32,000 nt of DNA from Methanococcus maripaludis. GTDB taxonomy: Archaea > AGJL01 > Methanococci > Methanococcales > Methanococcaceae. Within the stretch, counting starts at the first letter, position 1. Each line of letters begins with the position of its first letter. Positions 1 through 7,859 of the stretch are shown here, piece after piece. Below the pieces are notes generated by a model. That model was not told where the DNA came from and did no database searches. It was given only the letters and a program-made list of their open reading frames with translations. Where the stretch lies: positions 450,001 to 482,000 of the forward strand of contig NZ_CP026606.1 in the NCBI RefSeq assembly GCF_002945325.1. The letters are read 5' to 3'. The position numbers and the translations under genes are program-made.

Positions 1-147
1 ATGGCCGATGTATGGTTGAGATTAAATGTTAACCTATTTAACGATATAAATAGGAAAGTCGAGGGTTTAAAAAGCGTTTATGTCCCAGATGAAGATTTAA
101 ATATGGACCTTTTAGAAAGGATTAATACTTCTCAAGATTCAAATTAA
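1..147 (+). CDS. 3' end of an ORF entering from upstream of the window, or a 48-aa ORF starting at ATG 1
   Basis: Frame 1 is open from base 1 to TAA at 145-147. No domain recognised. Confidence 0.3.
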   Translation: MADVWLRLNVNLFNDINRKVEGLKSVYVPDEDLNMDLLERINTSQDSN

Positions 148-158
148 TATCATAATTA

Positions 159-1604
159 TTAATTTAATCTATTTTCCAATATTTTCAACATATATTTACA
201 GGCTTCAGCTTCATTTTCTTCAAATCTATGAATATGTAATGGATTAACTAAAGAAAACATTCTTGGATTGAAAGTTAGTTCTGATCGTATAACTTTTTCA
301 ATATATTGTTCTTCGACACGGTTAATCATTTCAATTTCTTCGTTGTTGAAATAATATCGTGCTAAACGCCTACATAATGCTGAAGAAATACGTTTAAATC
401 CCCCGAAGGTAACTTCTTCATGATCTTTCATTGCATGAAGTAATTCTTCAAATTCTTCATAGTGTCGGATATCCCTTGGTTCAAAACAGTTTTTAATATT
501 TAACCGATTAATGTCCTCAGTTAAAGGTATTACTTCGTCAACGTATTCGTTTAAAGATTTTAGAGATAATTTATCAATATTTCTTAATTCGCCTAGTTTT
601 TCCGTTAATTTTTTTATATTACTTTGGTATGAATATGGGAGATCTTTATGATCCAAAATTTTTAAAACGTTCTTCAATAAGTGTTTATCCAAAAATTCAT
701 CTAAATCCTTAATATTTTTTCTAAATAATTGGGTATAGCGTATATCTTCAATTTTTGAAAGATCTGAAATTATATTGGCTTCGCAATAACCTCTTATGAG
801 TTCACTGAAATTTGGAACATTTAATCTTGGATAAAATTCTAATTTTGATAAAATCATAAGATTATCGATACATCGTTTTAAATAAGGGTGATTATCAACA
901 ATTAGTTCAATATTTGACTTTTCGTAAGATATTCCCGGATCAGCATACTGTTTTAGATAATAAATTGTAGAATAAACAGTTATGGCCACATTATATTCAA
1001 ATAAGTGGGCGATTCGTTGCATTTGTTCAGTTGAAACTTTTTTTGATAACAATTCAATATTTTTCATTATGTTTACAGATATATTGGATATTTCAGAAAT
1101 TACCCTATTTTTTTGAATTTCTGAAAACTTTGATATTGCATCATAACTCGAATTTAAAATTTGATAATTCGAAACTATCAGTAAATCCAAATTTAAATAA
1201 AGATAAGAAAGTTCCGCTATTTGTTTTAGCGTTGAAATATATAATTTTTCAAGGTCAGTTTTCATTCCAGGATGATTAATAAGATCTTCCCTTAAATATA
1301 TATAAAATATTCCGGATTTAATGTTAGACATAGTCAATATGACATTAATTACTATTTTTTCTGAAAACTTCGTATTTGTAAGCAGATATACTACATCTGT
1401 TAAAAAATCCCCAATATACTCAATAATATCAATTAATCCCCAACTACGATAATATTGAAGCAATAAAGAAGTGCATAATGTTCCAATAAATGAAAATATA
1501 CTTTTAAATGCCATAGAATATCCAGATAAGCTTAAAATAGATATTATTTTTAAAATTCCTGATTTATACTCGTTTGAAAACTTCAATTTACACTTATCAT
1601 CCAA
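159..1604 (-). CDS. hypothetical protein, 481 aa, hydrophobic N-terminus followed by a long helical region
   Basis: Long ORF in the track. The antisense ORF 1031-1279 looks like a shadow. No motif recognised. Confidence 0.7.
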   Translation of the reverse strand: MDDKCKLKFSNEYKSGILKIISILSLSGYSMAFKSIFSFIGTLCTSLLLQYYRSWGLIDIIEYIGDFLTDVVYLLTNTKFSEKIVINVILTMSNIKSGIFYIYLREDLINHPGMKTDLEKLYISTLKQIAELSYLYLNLDLLIVSNYQILNSSYDAISKFSEIQKNRVISEISNISVNIMKNIELLSKKVSTEQMQRIAHLFEYNVAITVYSTIYYLKQYADPGISYEKSNIELIVDNHPYLKRCIDNLMILSKLEFYPRLNVPNFSELIRGYCEANIISDLSKIEDIRYTQLFRKNIKDLDEFLDKHLLKNVLKILDHKDLPYSYQSNIKKLTEKLGELRNIDKLSLKSLNEYVDEVIPLTEDINRLNIKNCFEPRDIRHYEEFEELLHAMKDHEEVTFGGFKRISSALCRRLARYYFNNEEIEMINRVEEQYIEKVIRSELTFNPRMFSLVNPLHIHRFEENEAEACKYMLKILENRLN

Positions 1605-1924
1605 TAAATACCATTCTGATGATTAAATGGACTTCAGGTATTCAAGATAATTAGGGTCTTGATTTTTAATTCTCGAATATTCAAAATTTAATAGATCCTG
1701 TAGGGATTCCAAAATATCCTTACAAAGTTCTCTCCGGTTTTCTTCAGGATTTGGCCCCATAAATAATGATATTTTCTTTTTTAACATAGTTAATAATTCA
1801 TTAAAGACCCATTTTGACGTTAACTTTTCGGTTACACCCGATATATAATCAATTAAAGTAAATATTGAAAAAATTAAAAGGGAAATTAAGATATAAATTC
1901 CAAATAAACCTCCCTCAGTTTCTG

Positions 1925-2398
1925 TTAAAAATCCTGCATTATTATGCTAAAGACTATTGACGCGGAAAAAACTGAAAAAAGCATCCAAAATTTATTATCT
2001 AAAAATATTTTAAATGTAAAAATAGAAAATCTTTCGGTTGCGATTTGAATTATAACAAAAGTTATCGAAACTATAATCCCCAATATTGCCGCCTGAGATT
2101 GTGAAATTGTACTTAGTATATACCGATAATTATCAAATGCCCCATTAAAAAAATTAAAATAAAAAACGACAGGAAACGCCAGAAATAGCGAAATTACTAC
2201 ATAAATAGGATTATTTCCTGAAACTATACTTTTTATACAATCTCCAACAGATTCTTTTGAAATATATGCATAACTACGGTGAAAAACAGTTATAAATAGT
2301 CCCAAATAAATTAAAAATGCAATACCGCCTAAAAAATGCATGTAAAAAATATTTTGGTTAGCAATCCACCCACAAACTAAATCTGATCCAATCCCCAA
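1925..2398 (-). CDS. polytopic membrane protein, probably the 5' part of a frameshifted gene spanning 1623-2398
   Basis: The 157-aa ORF has several hydrophobic helices. An adjacent frame is open from 1946 to 1623 and continues with another TM helix. An A5 run lies at 1927-1931. Confidence 0.55.
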   Translation of the reverse strand: MGIGSDLVCGWIANQNIFYMHFLGGIAFLIYLGLFITVFHRSYAYISKESVGDCIKSIVSGNNPIYVVISLFLAFPVVFYFNFFNGAFDNYRYILSTISQSQAAILGIIVSITFVIIQIATERFSIFTFKIFLDNKFWMLFSVFSASIVFSIIMQDF

Positions 2399-2586
2399 AT
2401 TATCATCTTTTTTAAAAGTATTAAGTTGAGGTTGAATAATAAATTTTCTATTTTAAAATCAAACGTCCCGATATCTACAAAATAGCAGTTCGTAAAAACA
2501 GTACGGGACTAAATCCTGTAATGTAACTTATCTTAAAAAACCATAAAAAAGCTTTATTTCACTAAAATTTCGCAGATTTAAAAAAA

Positions 2587-2640
2587 CGCGGAGACCGAGA
2601 TTTGAACTCGGGTTACTCAGAGAGTAACGGGATTAGCAGA
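2587..2640 (-). tRNA. partial tRNA-Ser(GCU), 3' portion only (anticodon loop to discriminator); att-site remnant
   Basis: The minus strand reads CTGCTAA (anticodon GCT), TCCCG, a long variable arm GTTACTC-TCT-GAGTAAC, a T arm CCGAG-TTCAAAT-CTCGG, TCTCCGC and G, then a T-run. No D arm or 5' acceptor strand lies upstream. Confidence 0.8.
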
Positions 2641-3038
2641 CCGAAAAATTTTTTAAAATTTTCTAAGTCTTTGGAGAATTCTTTAATAGCTCAATGGCCC
2701 CTCATGATGTCTTGATAGCATGGTCCGCCAGAGTACTTGAAGGTCCATTTGACCAGTACTCTGACCATATTGTCGAGGCAATTTTAGCTATAATCTTGAG
2801 TTATAGGATTCTACCATCTACTTTGAAAATAAGAAGAAATGTTTTATAATCGACGAAAAAACGGCTTTTAAATTTAGAAATAATACATAAATTATAGTTG
2901 TTAAAGAAAATTGGCCTTTGTTTAACAATTCTAAGCGCTTAACCTGCGTTATTAAAATTTTTTAATAGTGGACCATTACTCAACTATCAAAATCTATCAA
3001 AATGTAAAGAATTGATAGATTCTGTTTTTTAAAAGTTC

Positions 3039-3122
3039 TAAAAACCTCTATTTTAATTAAATTTTAAATTAAAACGTTAAAAAGAGAGTTTTGAATAGTT
3101 AAAATTCGTCAACATTGATTTT
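3039..3122. repeat. 84-bp direct repeat, copy A; includes a relic of the last 7 codons plus stop of the 137-aa gene
   Basis: 3099-3122 is identical to 4024-4047 (ttaaaattcgtcaacattgatttt). The rest is near-identical to 3964-4023 by manual alignment. Confidence 0.8.
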
Positions 3123-3209
3123 TTCTATTTTTGAAATTTAAAAAACTCAATAGTTATTTATACAATCTTGTAAATAATAGTTATCAACTTGTATCAAATG
3201 GTGATAAAT

Positions 3210-3479
3210 ATGGCAGTAAGTGAATCAAAATTACAACACTCGCCAACCCTAAATACAATTCTTATGGTTGAAGAAACATTGAAAGATGCAGACAGTATCA
3301 TAACAATTCCAGAATTGAAGAAAAAACTTCCAAAAAAAGTGAATCACAACACTTTAAAAGTAATTTTAGAATATTTGGAAGAAAGTAACAAAATTGCAGT
3401 ATCTTTAAAAGGAATTACCTGGATATTCAATACAAATGTGAATTTAAAAAACGTAGTACATAATGGGCTTGAACTATGA
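3210..3479 (+). CDS. small protein, putative antitoxin or DNA-binding partner of the downstream RelE-like gene
   Basis: GGTGA at 3200-3204 lies 5 nt before ATG 3210 (the track start is TTG 3189). It overlaps the next ORF by ATGA, a typical toxin-antitoxin arrangement. Confidence 0.55.
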   Translation: MAVSESKLQHSPTLNTILMVEETLKDADSIITIPELKKKLPKKVNHNTLKVILEYLEESNKIAVSLKGITWIFNTNVNLKNVVHNGLEL

Positions 3480-3823
3480 AGGATGTAAGAGTAGTTCTTT
3501 CTCCAAATGCTGCTGAAATATATACCAAATTAAAAGAAAGCGATGAAAAACTTGACAAATCGATACTTAACTCATTTTTAGAAAAAGTTGAAATTTTAAA
3601 AACCAACGTTCATTATGGAGATCCTGTTTCTAAAAAGTTAATTCCAAAGGAATACGTTAAAACTTACGAAATTAAAAATTTATTTCGATTCGAATTACCT
3701 CAATTTTTCAGGGTTACGTATACAATTACAAATGGAACGACGGGAATTGAAATTATTGTTTTGGTATTGGATATTATGGACCACAAAACATACAACAAGA
3801 AATTCGGCTATAAAAATCGGTAA
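3476..3823 (+). CDS. RelE/ParE-superfamily-like toxin (putative)
   Basis: 115 aa. The C-terminal pattern NLFRFELPQFFRVTYTI...IEIIVLVLDIMDHKTY resembles the RelE/ParE core (W/F-R-x-R-x-G-x-Y-R-h-h-Y ... h-h-h-h-x-h-x-H-R). Confidence 0.5.
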   Translation: MKDVRVVLSPNAAEIYTKLKESDEKLDKSILNSFLEKVEILKTNVHYGDPVSKKLIPKEYVKTYEIKNLFRFELPQFFRVTYTITNGTTGIEIIVLVLDIMDHKTYNKKFGYKNR

Positions 3824-3963
3824 TTTTTGATTATAGTAAAATTTTGATGCATTACAATTAAATTATCTTTTTTAATTCTTTGAAAATTAAAGAATAATTA
3901 TCGACTATCCACATCTGTTGTAAAACAGGTCCCTTGACTTTTGAATTTTCAAAAAAAGGATTT

Positions 3964-4047
3964 TAAAAACTTTTATTTTACTTAAATTTTAAAATAAAAC
4001 TGTAAAAAGAGAGTTTTTGATAATTAAAATTCGTCAACATTGATTTT
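3964..4047. repeat. 84-bp direct repeat, copy B; the genuine 3' end of the 137-aa gene plus its downstream region
   Basis: Manual alignment with 3039-3122. Confidence 0.8.
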
Positions 4048-4437
4048 GTAGAATAAATCAGCATCTTTTACATAATATAATTCGTTTCCTTTTTTTATTT
4101 CTTCGATTACTTTATCTTCTGGGACAATGTATCCAACTAAGAACTGATCTATTGTTAAATTACCTTCTGACATGATTTCAGTGGTTTTTGTTGAAAGGTC
4201 TGGCAGTTTAATTTTTTGCAATTTGTGAACTGATAACCTGTCATCTTCAACCAGTTCGACCCATTCGATTTTTTTAACAACGTTTGAGAATGAATCTGGA
4301 TTAGCGTAGTTTTTATAGTCTTCAAATGCTTCAAAACCTTCTAAAGACATTTTATAAAGTGTCGATTTTAAAATATCGCTTAATTCTTCGTGACTTTTTA
4401 GATTTCTTAAAACTTTTTCTTCTATTTCTCCTGACAT
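4024..4437 (-). CDS. conserved hypothetical protein, 137 aa, copy 1 of 2
   Basis: ORF with GGTGA upstream of its start. It has a near-identical paralog at 20999-21412. Confidence 0.8.
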   Translation of the reverse strand: MSGEIEEKVLRNLKSHEELSDILKSTLYKMSLEGFEAFEDYKNYANPDSFSNVVKKIEWVELVEDDRLSVHKLQKIKLPDLSTKTTEIMSEGNLTIDQFLVGYIVPEDKVIEEIKKGNELYYVKDADLFYKINVDEF

Positions 4438-4450
4438 TTGTTTTCACCTT

Positions 4451-4530
4451 ATTTGTAGTTAGATAAATAGTTTGCAATTCTACAAATAAAGTATGCCTAT
4501 TTTTCTATAAATAGTTTGCTATTTTACAAA
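4451..4530. promoter_or_regulatory. divergent promoter region with operator-like repeats
   Basis: A 24-nt direct repeat ATAAATAGTTTGC(A/T)ATT(C/T)TACAAA lies at 4463-4486 and 4507-4530 (22/24 identical, 44 bp apart). An inverted repeat ATTTGTAG / CTACAAAT lies at 4451-4458 and 4480-4487. Confidence 0.5.
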
Positions 4531-4608
4531 CTTTTTATAATTGACAAAATATTATTTAATATATAAACAATTTAAGAAAATACAACTACAAACTAAAACA
4601 GTGATTAG

Positions 4609-4878
4609 ATGGTTTTGAAACTGTTATCTAAACGAAATGTGGATAGAATTTTAAAATTATTATCTGAACATGACGAAATGTATTTTGGGCAGATAAAAAC
4701 GGAAATTGAAATAAATCAAAGTAATTTAAGCCAATTGTTAACTGAACTCGTTGAAAATGGATATTTAGAAAAAAGAATCGGGGAAAGTCAAACAAACATT
4801 TCTAAAAGCTATTTTAAATTGACTGGAAAAGGAAAAAGAGCTTTAAAAATTTATGAAATTGCTGAGGAATTAAAATAA
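4609..4878 (+). CDS. winged-helix transcriptional regulator (ArsR/MarR/PadR-like), 89 aa
   Basis: The pattern YFGQIKTEIEINQSNLSQLLTELVENGYLEKR...YFKLTGKGKRAL fits a helix-turn-helix plus wing. It is a paralog of the 14568 and 21751 ORFs. Confidence 0.6.
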   Translation: MVLKLLSKRNVDRILKLLSEHDEMYFGQIKTEIEINQSNLSQLLTELVENGYLEKRIGESQTNISKSYFKLTGKGKRALKIYEIAEELK

Positions 4879-4956
4879 GTTAATTAAATTTAAAACAGCC
4901 TTTTTTAAAATTTTAAAAGTAGAGATATTAACATGGATTTAAATATTACTCAGAAA

Positions 4957-5922
4957 CTATTCCACAATTATCTTCAAATCTTTTTTATGAGTTACATCTT
5001 CAAATTTTATGTCGGCAGATAACCTCAGTACGTTTGAACAGTCTTTTGGGTCTTTGTATTCGTGTTTTAAATTAAATTCCAATATTCTTGATTTTTTAGC
5101 CCCGATAACATATTCTTTTATATTTTTTAGTTCAAAATAATCATTTAAACAGAAACTTTCCTTAAACTCACGGCTTCCATACTTCAACGTAACATTGTTT
5201 GGTATTTTAATTTTAAAATCTTTCACAGATATAGGTTCTGACCCATCATTGTCTATGAATATAACTACAGAATAAGAATACTCATCAGAAATACGAATCA
5301 GATCTTTTGGGTCAATATCAACATTAATCATACCTGCAGATCGAAATCTCAGCTGTTCTACGTATGAATTTTTTCCCATTATCATAAAACATACCCCAAA
5401 AAGCACAATGTATATCCAAATTCGTAACTTTATCCAGATGAATTCGAGGTGATTGTATACATATAAATCCCAAATAGTTAAATTTAAAAAATCTGTCTTT
5501 AATTTTTGTGTAGGCAATATTTCCATTATGTAATAAAATATTTCCCAAGATCCTGTATATACTTTTAGGGATAACCATATAAATAATGAAAATAAGGCCA
5601 TTATTCCAGCAAATGTCATCATTGAAGTTATCGCTGAAAAAAGTAATATTTTTAAATCTTCCCTTTTTGGATTTACGTTTTTTTCGACCGAATTTATAGA
5701 AATATGCCTCACTTTATTATTATTATTATTTAATATTGATTCATCCCTAATATCTTGATTTAAAATTAGTACGTAAAAAATCGTAAAAATAAAGACCAAT
5801 AAACCTGTAAAACATAATACTTCATACTCCAAGCTAAAGTCAGTTAAATAATTTATCGAAACAATTCCAATTATTAGGAGTACTATGTTAGTTACGTGCT
5901 GGCCATATTCTACAGGTTTCAT
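4957..5922 (-). CDS. membrane protein, 321 aa: about 4 N-terminal TM helices plus a beta-rich C-terminal domain
   Basis: Long ORF starting 10 nt downstream of the preceding gene. Hydrophobic segments are visible in the translation. Confidence 0.7.
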   Translation of the reverse strand: MKPVEYGQHVTNIVLLIIGIVSINYLTDFSLEYEVLCFTGLLVFIFTIFYVLILNQDIRDESILNNNNNKVRHISINSVEKNVNPKREDLKILLFSAITSMMTFAGIMALFSLFIWLSLKVYTGSWEIFYYIMEILPTQKLKTDFLNLTIWDLYVYNHLEFIWIKLRIWIYIVLFGVCFMIMGKNSYVEQLRFRSAGMINVDIDPKDLIRISDEYSYSVVIFIDNDGSEPISVKDFKIKIPNNVTLKYGSREFKESFCLNDYFELKNIKEYVIGAKKSRILEFNLKHEYKDPKDCSNVLRLSADIKFEDVTHKKDLKIIVE

Positions 5923-5932
5923 AATTTATCGC

Positions 5933-7243
5933 CTATTGTAGAAATATCCTTTCATATGGCCAAAGGAAAGCATCGTGTGCGTCTTTCAAAAGGTGCCTAT
6001 CTTTATAATTTTCAACCCCTTTAGTTATCTTTAAGCTAACATGAGTTGGCGATATAGTTCCATCACTTTTCCCATGTTTCAAAGAATATTCAATATTTGA
6101 TCCACGATAATATAAATTACCTTTTATACCCACCAATATTCCAGAAACTTCACTGAATTCCTTAAGTAATTTTTCATCATAAACATCTTTCTGGATACAA
6201 CCAATATTTAATTTATCAAATTTTTCGGTCCATTCATAACGTTGTTTTAATTCCTTACCCATAATTCGAGTTCGGATATATCTAGTATTTATCTCATATC
6301 CTTTGACCACCACAGACCTGTTTATCTCATTGATGGCCTTTTGAAAATCATCGTGAAGTAATGTATCCTCAATTTTAGCAATACTATTATCAAAGTTGTA
6401 TTCACCATTGCTTTCAGGTTTCAATCCCATTAATTCAAAATATTTTTGCTGATCCTCGAAATCATATCCTTTAAATCTCTTTAAAAATTTGCTATACCCG
6501 TCCAATGTTTTAAATTTATTTAAATTCTCTTTAAAAGGTTCCGATTTACTCATCTCCTGTTCATTCACGTACTGTGCATAATTTACTGTAAAAATTACCC
6601 TAACATCATTAACAAATTTTTGAAATTTTATACGGGAATTTATCGCATAATCCATATCCATCTCTGTATCATCTTCCACCCCCTTAGTTTCGAGGTATAA
6701 ACTATTTTGTAAGATTGGCTTAATTTTTTTAAGCATTGAGGGCTGCGTATCTTCAACATATACCCTCTTTTTGCTTTTATCTATTCTCACATTGATTTTA
6801 TTTGACCGTTTATAAAATGGAGGATGCTCCCCTTCACTGTAAATATCCAATTTAGCTTTTATGTATTTATAACTGAACCTTAATGGATTTTTTTCCAATA
6901 TCTGGAAATTTTCAGCTTCCGTTAAAATCTTTTCCAAATTTTCAAAATCAACATTTTCATTAGCAATTTTTAGAATATAACCTCCGAGGGGTTTTCCCAA
7001 ATATTTTATATCTCTAAGGGAATCCATTACTACTTTTTTTACTAATTCTCCATTTTTATGAGTTAAAATACTAACTGCAATTTTATCTATTGTTTTTGCC
7101 CCTTTTGAAGGAGTATATTTAAAACCATAAAGGTCTTTATGAATCGTATCTACAGTGGGTAACTTAAGGTTGGATAATGCATCATATAGTGCTTCCCATT
7201 CATCATTAGTCAATCCATTCTTATTTTTAGAATCTGGCAACAT
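5933..7243 (-). CDS. hypothetical soluble protein, 436 aa
   Basis: Long ORF. No motif recognised. Confidence 0.7.
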   Translation of the reverse strand: MLPDSKNKNGLTNDEWEALYDALSNLKLPTVDTIHKDLYGFKYTPSKGAKTIDKIAVSILTHKNGELVKKVVMDSLRDIKYLGKPLGGYILKIANENVDFENLEKILTEAENFQILEKNPLRFSYKYIKAKLDIYSEGEHPPFYKRSNKINVRIDKSKKRVYVEDTQPSMLKKIKPILQNSLYLETKGVEDDTEMDMDYAINSRIKFQKFVNDVRVIFTVNYAQYVNEQEMSKSEPFKENLNKFKTLDGYSKFLKRFKGYDFEDQQKYFELMGLKPESNGEYNFDNSIAKIEDTLLHDDFQKAINEINRSVVVKGYEINTRYIRTRIMGKELKQRYEWTEKFDKLNIGCIQKDVYDEKLLKEFSEVSGILVGIKGNLYYRGSNIEYSLKHGKSDGTISPTHVSLKITKGVENYKDRHLLKDAHDAFLWPYERIFLQ

Positions 7244-7484
7244 ATCCCCCTAAATATATTTTTTAAATTATTGACCCGAATAACATAATTAATTTTCTTA
7301 ATTACCTCAAAATAATATAACTTTTACTATATAATTTACCCACATACTACTCATTTAAATAGAAATTTTGCAGTTATATCAATTTAAATCACTGGATTAA
7401 CCATAATAATTATTTTTTAAAATAAAGTTTTCTTTCATAAATTTCATCTTCAACTTTTTTTCCAGTACTAATCACAAAAATTGT

Positions 7485-7625
7485 GGTAACCTGGTAACCG
7501 CAAAATCAAAACGTACAATTAACCCGTATTTTTAAAAAATAACTTCTGTATCTTCTTAAAAAAGGTTACCAAAAAGTTACCATTTGGTTACCAAACATGG
7601 TAACTTTTGAGAAAAAATGGTAACC
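7485..7625. repeat. iteron-like array of GGTAACC/GGTTACC heptamers; candidate replication origin
   Basis: GGTAACC at 7485-7491 and 7493-7499. GGTTACC at 7564-7570, GTTACC at 7576-7581, GGTTACC at 7586-7592. GGTAAC at 7599-7604 and GGTAACC at 7619-7625. Very AT-rich stretches flank the array, which lies next to the replication gene. Confidence 0.6.
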
Positions 7626-7859
7626 AAAATTAAAAATATTATTTTATCAATTTAAATTTTGAAAAATATTCAAATTTATTAAATTAAACTTTACATATTT
7701 CTTGCAAAAATAGTATTGAAATTAAGGACCAGCTGCAAAAGTTACAGCTCAAACTTGGATTTCTAAAAAACTTTGAAAAATAAGATATATTCCTTAAAAA
7801 AGTATTGAAAATCTTTAAAAATTAGTAATATTTTGATAGCTAACGCTATACCTTTCAAT

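Noticed and set aside
2587-2700. Possible complete tRNA gene, perhaps containing an intron
   Set aside because: The sequence 5' of the anticodon loop on the minus strand (…AAAATTTTAAAAAATTTTTCGG) cannot form the anticodon-stem partner, the D arm or the acceptor 5' strand GCGGAGA. Archaeal introns normally sit 3' of the anticodon, not here. It is interpreted as a 3' fragment only.
2703-2774. C/D-box sRNA (ATGATGT at 2703-2709 as the C box, CTGA at 2761-2764 as the D box)
   Set aside because: No internal D'/C' boxes are present, the spacing does not fit the compact archaeal C/D sRNA layout of about 50-60 nt, and the C box is imperfect. The region is better described as a long hairpin.
7485-7625. 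CRISPR-like repeat array
   Set aside because: The repeats are only 6-7 nt long, occur in both orientations and have irregular spacers of 1-38 nt. No cas genes are present. They are interpreted as iterons.
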